This document shows positions 1-8,331 of a stretch of 64,000 bases of DNA, one piece after another; position 1 is the first letter of the stretch; every line of letters starts with the position of its first letter. The notes beneath the pieces were generated by a model. That model searched no databases. It was not told where the DNA came from and worked only from the letters and a program-made list of their open reading frames with translations. The position numbers and the translations under genes were made by a program. The DNA is from Nitrospirota bacterium (GTDB lineage Bacteria; Nitrospirota; UBA9217), in assembly GCA_963790205.1 (NCBI GenBank), contig CAWBNQ010000008.1, forward strand, positions 225,021 through 289,020, in the 5' to 3' direction.

Positions 1-2
1 AA

Positions 3-543
3 AAGAGGATCACCGGATACGGCCCCTTCGATTTCGCCGGCACGGTCAGCCCGGGAGAGGTGGAAAAGGCAGGGAGCTCCGAACTTTCACCGATCGAAAA
101 AGGGCAGGACTATTCCTTCAAAGCCTACGAACGGTTCGAGGGGCTTGTTGACTTCCTGCAGTACCATAAGATGGGCAAGATTACGCCTGCGCGACAGAGC
201 GGGTCTGTGCCGAAGATCACGGCCACCGAGGTCCACCTGGAAGACGGAAAGCTGCGGCTGATCATTCTTTATTTTAATCGTAACTCCGGGTTGAATTCCC
301 CGCCGCTTGCGGCGGGGTAGTTTTATTCCGCACGATTACGATGAGTATCTCAGGGTCATCAGGCTTGAGTATGGTGAGCCGACGGTTCCCTCGCGGAAAA
401 AGAAAAACAGCCTGAGAAAAGATCTCTGGCTGAGCGGGGGCAGCTGCATCGTCCTTCAGCAGGTCACCATGAAGAACATCGTAAGCGGCGGCGAGCTGAA
501 GATCCAGAAAGGCCGATGCGAGGGAGCGGGGAGCGCACAGTGA
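3..543 (+). pseudogene. Hypothetical protein (5' end outside the window) interrupted by a 49-bp palindromic insertion
   Basis: The frame is open from position 3 to ...LIILYF (275). Removing 276-324 joins it in frame to IPHDYDEYLRVIRLEYGEP... of ORF 307..543. TTTTA occurs at both 272-276 and 321-325. Confidence 0.6.
277..325. mobile_element. Miniature palindromic element (REP/MITE-like or IS200/IS605-end-like)
   Basis: Hairpin CCCCGCCGC-TT-GCGGCGGGG (298-317) followed by TAGTT. It is flanked by duplicated TTTTA and introduces a TAG stop into the host gene. Confidence 0.6.
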
Positions 544-974
544 TTGCCGGGCAACCTTTCTCGGCATGGTGCGGAGCTCCTGCTAGGAACAAAAAGTGGA
601 ACATTCTTTTTTGCGACCCATTCATGAAACCTTGCCCGGTCTCCGTGTTCCTCGACGCCTGCAGCCCCGAGCACCAGGTGAAGGTGCTGCACTTCCTCGA
701 ACTGCTTGAAGAAATGGGTCCGATGCTGCCGCGTCCCTATGCCGACCTGCTGGAGGACGGTATACACGAGCTGCGCGTCAGGCTGTCCGGGATCCAGATG
801 CGGCTGCTCTATTTCTTTTGTTTCGAGACCTACATCATTGTTTACCGGGCGCTGCGAAAGAGCACCAGTAAAGTTCCCGATGAATACATCCGCGAGACGA
901 GGCGCTATCGGGAAATATTCCTGGGCCGCATGGACCACAACGCTCTCAGGAGGCTCACCGATGTGGAGCTTTAG
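540..974 (+). CDS. Type II toxin, RelE/ParE/HigB (Gp49-like) family; start codon uncertain
   Basis: Motifs LEEMGPMLPRPYADLL.DGIHELRV...RLLYFF...KSTSKVP. It overlaps the downstream HTH gene. Confidence 0.75.
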   Translation: MIAGQPFSAWCGAPARNKKWNILFCDPFMKPCPVSVFLDACSPEHQVKVLHFLELLEEMGPMLPRPYADLLEDGIHELRVRLSGIQMRLLYFFCFETYIIVYRALRKSTSKVPDEYIRETRRYREIFLGRMDHNALRRLTDVEL

Positions 975-1257
975 AGCTTACCTGAAGGCTAAATGTGCTG
1001 ATCCGGAGTTCCTTGATCGGTATCGCGAACAGTGCAACATATGTTCGAAGACGGTGATGATCATCAGTTCGATCAGGGAGCAAGGGCTTACGAATGAGGA
1101 CGTGGCGCGAAGAGCGGGAGTAGAGCTTGAACATCTGGAGTTGCTCGAAGCAGCGGACCAATGCATCTTCGAGGACGTGCAGAAGCTTGGTCGTTGCCTA
1201 AACCTTTCCCTGACCGGCGGATGCAAAAAAACGGACGGGAATAGGGCGAAGCTCTAG
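961..1257 (+). CDS. XRE-family HTH antitoxin (HigA-like)
   Basis: DPEF..RY and IREQGLTNEDVARRAGV...LE helix-turn-helix. ATG at 961 overlaps the toxin's 3' end (toxin-first order). Confidence 0.7.
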   Translation: MWSFRAYLKAKCADPEFLDRYREQCNICSKTVMIISSIREQGLTNEDVARRAGVELEHLELLEAADQCIFEDVQKLGRCLNLSLTGGCKKTDGNRAKL

Positions 1258-1410
1258 CAAGTTGCTGAAAAACTCTTGAAATGTCATTGTGACGAGCGTT
1301 TTTCGCGACGCGGCAATCTTGAAGTTATTGCTTTCTTTGGGATCAGACTCGGGTACTAAGGTATTGACCGTTCCGCCGTTTTCTGCACGCCTCCTTTCAA
1401 CCCCTTGATA

Positions 1411-1494
1411 CTACTCGTAAACACAAACTTTTCCCCTTTTTCCATCTTTCGTCTTAATCTCCAACAGAAATCTTTTTCCGACATTTTCTGTCAT
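1411..1494 (-). CDS. Putative 27-aa small protein MTENVGKRFLLEIKTKDGKRGKVCVYE
   Basis: GAGGAGG ribosome-binding site 7 nt upstream of the ATG on the minus strand. It is below the ORF-track length cutoff. Confidence 0.3.
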   Translation of the reverse strand: MTENVGKRFLLEIKTKDGKRGKVCVYE

Positions 1495-1643
1495 TGCATT
1501 GCCTCCTCATCTGACGAAAAAGAACACTGCGTTCACATTTTACACAAGTCCGTCTCTATGAAATAAGTGGTATGACATATATGAAAAAGTATTGTGCTAT
1601 ACTAAAATGATACGAATCACTATGAGTGCGGGAGGTGTGAGCG

Positions 1644-2663
1644 ATGATATCCAAAGAGCTGGAAGCCGTTGCATGGTCCTTGGTAGAGGAAGGCAAGGGG
1701 ATCCTGGCGGCCGACGAGAGCTTTCCGACGATCCAGAAACGCTTTACTGCGCTGAACATCGAATCATCGGAAGAGAACCGGCGCGCGTACCGTGAGCTGC
1801 TGTTCACAACGCCGGGTATCGAGGAGTTCATCAGCGGGGTCATCCTGTTCGACGAGACCATCCGCCAAAAGGCAAAGGACAACAGGCCGTTCGTTGATGT
1901 TCTGAAAGGCAAAGGCATCATCCCCGGCATCAAGGTGGACAAGGGGACCATTGCCATGCCCGGCTTTCCGAACGAAAAGATAACAGCAGGCCTCGACGGC
2001 CTGCGGGAGCGCCTGAAGGAATACCGCGACATGGGGGCAGGGTTCGCCAAGTGGCGGGCTGTCATAACCATCGGGCCCGGCCTTCCCACACGCGCAAACA
2101 TCAATGCCAACGCCCATGCCCTTGCGCATTATGCCGCGCTTTCGCAGGAAGCGGGGCTGGTGCCTATCGTGGAACCGGAAGTATTGATGGACGGCGACCA
2201 TGGCATCGAACGCTGCGAGGAAGCGACCCTGGCCGTGCTCGTCGGAGTGTTTCATGAACTCCGCGAGTACAACGTGGCGCTCGAAGGCATGCTGCTTAAG
2301 CCCAATATGGTCCTTGCGGGCAAAAAGTCCGCGAAGCAGGCAAGCGTCGACCAGGTGGCGGAAGCGACCTTAAGGACGCTCCGGCGCGCGGTACCGGCTG
2401 CGGTCCCGGGCATGGTGTTCCTTTCCGGCGGCCAGAGCCCTGAGCCGGCCACGGAGCACCTGAATGCCATGAACGCGATGGGTGCGCAACCCTGGGAGAT
2501 CAGCTTCTCCTTCGGGCGGGCGCTGCAGGATCCCGCGCTCAAGGCCTGGAAGGGATCAGCAGCGAACATTGCTGCGGCACAGATGCAGCTCTATCAACGG
2601 GCGAAGTGCAACGGCGCGGCGCGCTCCGGCAAGTATTCGGGTACGATGGAGAAGGCCGCGTAG
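1644..2663 (+). CDS. Fructose-bisphosphate aldolase class I
   Basis: KGILAADES, IIPGIKVDKG, FAKWRAV, LVPIVEPEV, LLKPNMV (Schiff-base Lys), FLSGGQS, SFSFGRALQ. Confidence 0.95.
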   Translation: MISKELEAVAWSLVEEGKGILAADESFPTIQKRFTALNIESSEENRRAYRELLFTTPGIEEFISGVILFDETIRQKAKDNRPFVDVLKGKGIIPGIKVDKGTIAMPGFPNEKITAGLDGLRERLKEYRDMGAGFAKWRAVITIGPGLPTRANINANAHALAHYAALSQEAGLVPIVEPEVLMDGDHGIERCEEATLAVLVGVFHELREYNVALEGMLLKPNMVLAGKKSAKQASVDQVAEATLRTLRRAVPAAVPGMVFLSGGQSPEPATEHLNAMNAMGAQPWEISFSFGRALQDPALKAWKGSAANIAAAQMQLYQRAKCNGAARSGKYSGTMEKAA

Positions 2664-2793
2664 TAAGTTAAGTAAAATCTGCAAGCTGTTCTCTGAGTAC
2701 TCTGTGTTCTCTGTGGTAAAAAAGGTTTTAGTTTCGGCTTGTCCGGTTCAGGTATCTGGAACAGAAGCAAAATCTCATCAAGGAGGCACTATT

Positions 2794-3111
2794 ATGCCGT
2801 CACTCGAAAGTGTGAAGAAATCAGTCTCGTCAGGCATGAAGTCGAAGGCCCGTGAGCAGTATGTAGAGTTCACGTATTTTGCGCCGAACGCAAAAAAGGT
2901 CTGTCTCGCCGGAACGTTCAATGCATGGAACACCAAGGCGCTGCCTATGCAGAAAGGCAACGACGGCACCTGGAAAGTCAAGGTGATGTTGCCGCCGGGA
3001 AAGCACGAGTATAAATATTTCGTGGACAATGCCTGGAGCGAAAGGGTCCCCGGCGCCGAGATGATGCCGAATGCGTTCGGGACCAGCAATTGTGTGATGG
3101 CCGTCAAGTAA
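2794..3111 (+). CDS. Stand-alone glycogen-binding CBM48 / AMPK-beta-type domain protein
   Basis: AKKVCLAGTFNAWN...GTWKVKVMLPPGKHEYKYFVD...NAFGTSN. AGGAGG RBS before ATG 2794. Confidence 0.85.
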   Translation: MPSLESVKKSVSSGMKSKAREQYVEFTYFAPNAKKVCLAGTFNAWNTKALPMQKGNDGTWKVKVMLPPGKHEYKYFVDNAWSERVPGAEMMPNAFGTSNCVMAVK

Positions 3112-3136
3112 GCCCGCCTTGCGTCCGACACCATTC

Positions 3137-3171
3137 ATCTCAGGGCATGATCATGGCTCATGCCCTGAGAT
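3137..3171. terminator. Perfect 14-bp stem-loop after the CBM48 gene (possible terminator; no clear U-tract)
   Basis: ATCTCAGGGCATGA-N7-TCATGCCCTGAGAT. Confidence 0.4.
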
Positions 3172-3280
3172 ATCCTGCCGGAGGAAGAGCCGCTCTTTCG
3201 GCTGCCGAACTGCTTCTGTCTTCGATCCGTTGATTCTTCCTTTTCTCTTTTCCCCAGCCGGTGTATAATGTCGTCACTTC

Positions 3281-4048
3281 ATGAAATCCAAGACCGAAGC
3301 CATCATCATCAGCAGCATGAACCTGGGCGAAGCGGACAAGCTCGTCGCCTTCTTCTCGCTCGACCGGGGAATGCTCAAAGGCGTGGCCAAGAACGCGCGA
3401 AAGTCCTTCAAGCGCTTCGGCGCGGGGCTCGAGAGCTTTACCCTCTCCCGGCTCCATCTCTATGAGCGCGAGCATCAGGAGCTGGCGCGGATCGAGTCCG
3501 CGGACATCATCGAGCAGCACTCCGCCATCAGCGCCGACCTGGGCCGCGCCGCGGCCGGGGCGGTCATGATCGAGCTGGTGCGGGAAATGGCGCCGCTGGG
3601 GGAGCGCAACGCCCCGGCTTTCCTGCTCCTCGCCCAGGTGCTTCACCTTCTGGACCAGGGCGAAGATCCGGCCTTTCTGCTCAGGATCTTCGAAATAAAG
3701 TTCCTGTCGCTTCTGGGATACCAGCCCAGGCTGGAACACTGCCTTTCGTGCGGAGCATTGCCGAAAGGGGAGATGATCTTCGAGAGCATGAAGGGCGGCG
3801 TGCTCTGTCCTGATTGCGTGGTGTCCTCCGGCGATCCGCAGGTGCGCCTGTCTTCCGGCGCAGTCGGTTTCTACTACCAGTCTCTCAGGATGGAGATGGA
3901 CAAGGTGTGCAGGCTCAAGCCATCCGCCGGCATCATGCGGGAGCTCGACCAGACATTCTCGGCGCACACGTTCCACATCCTCGGGAAAAGGCTCAAGTCC
4001 ATGGAGTTTCTCCGAACAATAAACTCGCTCGAAAAGGCGGCAGGATAA
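3281..4048 (+). CDS. recO: DNA repair protein RecO
   Basis: LGEADKLV.FFS..RG..KGVAKNARKS..RFGAGLE; zinc finger CLSC...CPDC. Confidence 0.93.
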   Translation: MKSKTEAIIISSMNLGEADKLVAFFSLDRGMLKGVAKNARKSFKRFGAGLESFTLSRLHLYEREHQELARIESADIIEQHSAISADLGRAAAGAVMIELVREMAPLGERNAPAFLLLAQVLHLLDQGEDPAFLLRIFEIKFLSLLGYQPRLEHCLSCGALPKGEMIFESMKGGVLCPDCVVSSGDPQVRLSSGAVGFYYQSLRMEMDKVCRLKPSAGIMRELDQTFSAHTFHILGKRLKSMEFLRTINSLEKAAG

Positions 4049-4200
4049 CCACAGAGACACGGAGTCACGCAGAAAAGCAATATCAAATTTGCTATTACCG
4101 TAAAAATCAGATTTAACCACAGGGCCTCGGAGGACGCTGGAGGGAACCGTTTCATTATTAAATTTATTTCTCTGTGTCTCAGTGCCTCTGTGGTAAAAAA
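4027..4200. repeat. Inverted pair of a dispersed ACCACAGAG/CTCTGTGGT repeat family
   Basis: ACCACAGAGACACGGAG (4028) versus CTCTGTGTCTCAGTGCCTCTGTGGT (~4170-4194). Related copies at ~2691, 4538, 12075-12141 and ~56991. Confidence 0.6.
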
Positions 4201-4231
4201 AGTTTTCATCGAGAAATGAGCAAAATTCATT

Positions 4232-4260
4232 TTGACTTTGGAGCGGCGCTGTGATATAAA
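4232..4260 (+). promoter_or_regulatory. Sigma70-type promoter for the btuF operon
   Basis: TTGACT-N17-TATAAA with an extended TG, just upstream of the riboswitch. Confidence 0.65.
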
Positions 4261-4282
4261 ACCATCACCTATACGAACGACC

Positions 4283-4446
4283 ACATCCAGGCGAAGGGAA
4301 TCCCGTGAAAATCGGGAGCGGACCCGCCGCTGTAATCCCGGCCCCGCAGAAAGCGGGGTCTTATATCTCTGTCGAAACAGGCCACTGACCTTTATTGGTT
4401 GGGAAGGCGGGCAGGGAGGGGAGAGCCAGAAGACCTGTCTGGATGT
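4283..4446 (+). ncRNA. Cobalamin riboswitch
   Basis: AAGGGAA-TCCCGTGAAAATCGGGAGCGG-ACCCGCCGCTGTAA...GCCACTG...GGGAAGGC...AGCCAGAAGACCTG (B12 box). P1 pairs CATCCAGGC with GTCTGGATG. It lies upstream of btuFCD. Confidence 0.92.
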
Positions 4447-4497
4447 TCTCGCACAGTCTTCGGCGTTAAGATCCTGTGTGGGTTAATAGCATCTATT

Positions 4498-4540
4498 AAT
4501 CCCCAGTCTTCTCGAGAAGACTGGGGATTTTTGTTTTTTC
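4498..4540 (+). terminator. Intrinsic terminator in the riboswitch expression platform
   Basis: AATCCCCAGTCTTC-TCGA-GAAGACTGGGGATT followed by a T-run. Confidence 0.8.
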
Positions 4541-4624
4541 ACTGCAGGGACACAGAGAGCGCAGAGCTATTTAATTTAAAATCATATTTTATCCATGTAA
4601 ATCAGTGCCCAAGGTTTTTGACTT

Positions 4625-5512
4625 ATGAAAAAACTTTTTATCATCATATCGCTTGTTCTCGGCATAACGCATTTTGCCGATACAGCCGAACTTGCTTCGC
4701 CCCCGAAGCGGATCGTGTCGCTTGCGCCGAGCATGACGGAGATCCTCTATGCCCTGGGGCTCGGGGACAACATCGTGGGCGTGACCACGTTCTGCGATTC
4801 TCCTGAGGAGGCGAAGAAGAAACCGAAGATAGGCGGCATGTCCAATCCCTCGCTGGAAGCCGTGATCTCGTTAAAACCCGATATGGTCGTATTGACAACC
4901 GACGGCAATCCGAAGGAATTTGAGGAGCGGCTCGTTTCATTAAAGATCAATACCTTCGTATTTCAAGCCCGCAGACTTTCTGAACTTCCTCAGGGCATCA
5001 GGGAATTGGGCGCGGCGCTCAGGGTAAAAGAAAAGTCGGAAACGCTGGCAAAGGAAATTGAAGTTGGCGTCAACAATTTTAAAACAAAGTTCGCAATCCG
5101 CACACCCTGCACTCGCGGGTCCACTCGTAAACGCGGGTGCAAGGTTCCGCAATCCGCAATTCACAAGAAGGTCCTTTTCATCGTCTGGCCGGAGCCGCTT
5201 ATCGTTGCCGGGCCCGGCACGGTCATCGACGACGCCATTACGCTGCTGGGGCAGGAGAACATCGCGGCGTCGGCGAAGACCGCGTATCCCAAGTATTCGA
5301 TCGAAGAAGTCATCCATCGTGCGCCTGACGTCATTTTCATCGGCAGGTCCATGGGAATGGATATGCGATCCGTTTCGGAGGGCGTCCTCGCCAGGATGGG
5401 CTCGGTGCCGGCGATCAGAAGCGGCCACGTCTTTTACGTGAGCGATAAACTGTTCCGTCTCGGCCCCCGGGTCGTCAAGGGTATCGAGGAGCTTGCCGAA
5501 TGTCTAAAGTAA
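4625..5512 (+). CDS. btuF: Cobalamin ABC transporter substrate-binding protein
   Basis: Signal peptide; RIVSLAPSMTEILYALG..IVGVT.FCD..PSLEAVISLKPD; R.GPR near the C-terminus. Downstream of a B12 riboswitch. Confidence 0.88.
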   Translation: MKKLFIIISLVLGITHFADTAELASPPKRIVSLAPSMTEILYALGLGDNIVGVTTFCDSPEEAKKKPKIGGMSNPSLEAVISLKPDMVVLTTDGNPKEFEERLVSLKINTFVFQARRLSELPQGIRELGAALRVKEKSETLAKEIEVGVNNFKTKFAIRTPCTRGSTRKRGCKVPQSAIHKKVLFIVWPEPLIVAGPGTVIDDAITLLGQENIAASAKTAYPKYSIEEVIHRAPDVIFIGRSMGMDMRSVSEGVLARMGSVPAIRSGHVFYVSDKLFRLGPRVVKGIEELAECLK

Positions 5513-6465
5513 GAATCGTACTTTTGATCGTCTTCGCAATCCTGATCGCGGCGGGGTCCGTATTTTTCGGGCCGCGGGTCATCAGTCCGTTCGGCATGAG
5601 CGATACGGACCGGGAGATTCTTATTTCCATCCGGCTGCCGCGGGTGCTCGTCGCATTTCTCATGGGCATGGCGCTCGGCGCGTCGGGCGCGCTTTTGCAG
5701 GGGATCCTCCGGAACCCGCTTGCCGACCCCTATATCCTCGGCATATCGAGCGGGGCGTCGCTCACGGCGGCGCTCGGCATCATCGGCGGTTTCTCCTTTC
5801 TCGGGTCTTTTACCGTGCCGGCGATGGCCTTTGTGGGCGCCGCGGTCACCGGCGGCATCGTGGGGGTGATGGGGTGGAAACGGGGGGGGCTCTGGCCTGA
5901 GCGCCTTCTTCTCGCGGGCGTGGGCCTGAGCTTTCTCTTCTCAGCTCTTCTTATGCTCATGATGAGCATCTCGACCGATGAGGGCCTTCGGCGGGCCATG
6001 CTCTGGATCTTCGGGGACCTGTCCATGTCCGAGTGGTCCCGCATCCCCTACGGGCTTGCCTTTGTCGCAGCCGGCCTTCTCTTGTCCGCAACGAGGGCAA
6101 AGGCCTTGAACGCGCTCATTCTGGGAGACGAGTTTGCCCACAGCCTGGGCTTCGCGCCGCAGCGGGAACGGCTCATTCTCTTCGTCTCCGTGGGCCTCAT
6201 GACCGCAGCCTCGGTCTCGCTCGGCGGCATGATCGGCTTTATCGGCCTTCTCATCCCGCATATTATGCGTTTTTTTCTCGGGGCCGACAGCAGGCTGCTG
6301 ATCCCCGCTTCAGCCCTGGGCGGCGGTTCGCTCCTCTGCGTCGCCGATCTTGTGAGCAGGTCGGCGCTGCCCCCGATGGAACTTCCGGCCGGCGTGATCA
6401 CGGCCATCATCGGCGCGCCCTATTTTCTGTATTTGCTCAGGAGGAAGAATGTCCTCAGCATCTAA
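5500..6465 (+). CDS. btuC: Cobalamin/iron ABC transporter permease (FecCD/BtuC family)
   Basis: IRLPRVL..LQGILRNPLADPYILGISSGA; GDEFAHSLG; GMIGFIGLLIPH; ELPAGVITAIIGAPYF. Confidence 0.88.
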   Translation: MSKVRIVLLIVFAILIAAGSVFFGPRVISPFGMSDTDREILISIRLPRVLVAFLMGMALGASGALLQGILRNPLADPYILGISSGASLTAALGIIGGFSFLGSFTVPAMAFVGAAVTGGIVGVMGWKRGGLWPERLLLAGVGLSFLFSALLMLMMSISTDEGLRRAMLWIFGDLSMSEWSRIPYGLAFVAAGLLLSATRAKALNALILGDEFAHSLGFAPQRERLILFVSVGLMTAASVSLGGMIGFIGLLIPHIMRFFLGADSRLLIPASALGGGSLLCVADLVSRSALPPMELPAGVITAIIGAPYFLYLLRRKNVLSI

Positions 6466-7225
6466 AGCGTCAATCCTTGAGCTTGAACGGGCCGCTTACT
6501 CCTACGAAAAGAACACGGTGTTCATCCGCGATCTGTCATGTGCCGTATACGAGGGCGATTTTATCGGTCTTCTGGGCGCGAACGGCTCGGGCAAGTCGAC
6601 GATCATGAAGCTGGGATGCGGGATTCTCAAACCCTCCTCGGGCACGGTCTCGCTCTGGGGCAAGGTCCTCGATACCTTCAACGGCCGGGACCGCGCAAAG
6701 CTGATCAGTTATCTCCCGCAAACACTCGATATCACGGTGCCGTTCACGGTCAGGGAACTGGTGAGCATGGGGCTGTATCCCTACGACATTCCTCCGGCAA
6801 TGGGCGTTGATGAAGCGTTGGACATGGTCGGCCTCATGGGAAAGTCCCGCGCTCACCTGACGGACCTCTCCGGCGGAGAGAGGCGGCGGACCTTCATCGC
6901 CATGACGCTCGTGCAGGGCGCGGGATTGCTCCTTCTCGACGAGCCACTTGCCAACCTCGACATAAAATACCAGATCGAGCTGGTAAGGCTCCTCAAGAAG
7001 CTTCGGGCATCGAAGAACATCACCGTGGTCATGGCGCTCCACGACATCAATATTGCGCTCCAGTTCGACACGGTGATGCTGATCAAGGACGGCGGCATTA
7101 TCGGCACGGGCAGGCCCGAGACGATATTGACACGAGATATGCTGAAGCAGGCGTTCGATGTGAACATGGAAGTCAGGCGATCTGAAGAGGGCAACACCTA
7201 CGTGAGTTTCGGAAATAATTTCTGA
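6449..7225 (+). CDS. btuD: Cobalamin/iron ABC transporter ATP-binding protein
   Basis: Walker A GANGSGKST, signature LSGGERRR, Walker B LLLLDEP, ALHDIN. Confidence 0.87.
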   Translation: MSSASKASILELERAAYSYEKNTVFIRDLSCAVYEGDFIGLLGANGSGKSTIMKLGCGILKPSSGTVSLWGKVLDTFNGRDRAKLISYLPQTLDITVPFTVRELVSMGLYPYDIPPAMGVDEALDMVGLMGKSRAHLTDLSGGERRRTFIAMTLVQGAGLLLLDEPLANLDIKYQIELVRLLKKLRASKNITVVMALHDINIALQFDTVMLIKDGGIIGTGRPETILTRDMLKQAFDVNMEVRRSEEGNTYVSFGNNF

Positions 7226-7237
7226 GGAGACTTCTGC

Positions 7238-7879
7238 ATGTATATTGTCTCATGGAGCGGCGGTAAGGACAGCTGCCTTGCCTGTTATCTCGCGATCAAG
7301 AAGGGGATGAAAATATCTCATCTGCTCCATTTCGACCGGCCGAACAATCTTCACGGCGTGGACCCGGCGATGATACGGCTTCAGGCGGAGCTCGCCGGCA
7401 TTCCGATCGTACAACGAAAGGTCGTTTCCGAGGATTTTGAGCGCGAGTTCAAAAAAACAGTCGGCGAGCTCGCGAAGAGCGGAACCAAAGGAATGATATT
7501 CGGCGATATCTTTCTAGAGCCGCACAAGGAATGGGTGGACCGGACCTGTGCGGAGCTTGGCATCGAACCGATCGAGCCGCTCTGGGGAATGAAGACGGAA
7601 AACATCATGAAGGATTTTTTTAGTCTGGGGTTCGAGACCATTGTCGCGAGCGGAGATCAAAAGCTGATTGATGAGAAGTGGATAGGCCGGAATATGGACC
7701 CGGACTTTATCGGACACCTCCAATCCAAAAAGCTCGATGTGTGCGGCGAGAGAGGGGAATTCCACACGTTCGTTACGAACGGGCCGCTTTTCCGGGGGAA
7801 GATAGAGATCACCGATTCAGCTGTCACGAGCAGGGACGGGTTCTGGTTTCTGGAAATACAAAAATTTAACGTAGTTTAG
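7238..7879 (+). CDS. Diphthine--ammonia ligase (Dph6/DUF71)-like PP-loop ATP pyrophosphatase
   Basis: SWSGGKDS PP-loop, FGDIFLE.H..W, PLWG, DVCGERGEFHTFV..GPLF. Confidence 0.85.
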   Translation: MYIVSWSGGKDSCLACYLAIKKGMKISHLLHFDRPNNLHGVDPAMIRLQAELAGIPIVQRKVVSEDFEREFKKTVGELAKSGTKGMIFGDIFLEPHKEWVDRTCAELGIEPIEPLWGMKTENIMKDFFSLGFETIVASGDQKLIDEKWIGRNMDPDFIGHLQSKKLDVCGERGEFHTFVTNGPLFRGKIEITDSAVTSRDGFWFLEIQKFNVV

Positions 7880-7916
7880 CCAGTGGCGGCAATTTCAAAG
7901 CATAGAAGGGAAGAGC

Positions 7917-7984
7917 ATGACTCAAAGAGAGAAGGCAACCGCAGGCATAGTACCGATGAAATCAAAAACGTGGCCTTGGATGAC
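7917..7984 (+). pseudogene. 5' fragment of a ThiC/Bza-family gene
   Basis: With one frameshift it reads MTQREKATAGI(V)TDEIKNVALDD, matching the ThiC/BzaF N-terminus. RBS upstream. Confidence 0.55.
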
Positions 7985-8152
7985 CAACAACCCCTGCCTT
8001 GCGCCGCCTCAGGGATTCAGCCGCCTCGTAATCGAAGCGGTAAAGGACGGATGCATGGAGGAAGACGCCAATAAAAACTGGCGGTGGTCGTTAGCCGCGA
8101 CACCGATCGTCTTTCGGAAGAAGGTGTTCTGCGCGCAACCATAGAGACCCTC
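7985..8152 (+). pseudogene. cbiB: Internal fragment of adenosylcobinamide-phosphate synthase (CbiB), frameshifted
   Basis: ...LVIEAVKDG..EE..KKLAVVVSRDTDRLSEEGVLRATIETL contains the CbiB V(G/S)RDT..L.E..V.RA.IE.L motif. Confidence 0.65.
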
Positions 8153-8322
8153 TCAGGTTCAGGAACGCGCGGGAAGTGATCGCGGGACTTGAGCAAAAGG
8201 GGATACTCGTGCGGGACTGCTCGAACTTCACGGGCATGGACGATACCTGCATCCGGATCGCGATGCGATCGAGAAAAGAGAACAGGATACTCATGAAAGA
8301 AATGGCCGGTTTATGCGATTGA
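8152..8322 (+). pseudogene. 3' fragment of threonine-phosphate decarboxylase (Salmonella-type CobD)
   Basis: LEQKGILVRDCSNFTGMDDTCIRIAMRSRKENRIL* is the typical C-terminus of this family. Confidence 0.75.
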
Positions 8323-8331
8323 CACTGAGGG

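Noticed and set aside
1258..1320. GTTGCTGAAAAA...GTCATTG...GCAATCT as an IS end
   Set aside because: There is no partner inverted repeat or transposase. At most it is a degenerate REP-like relic.
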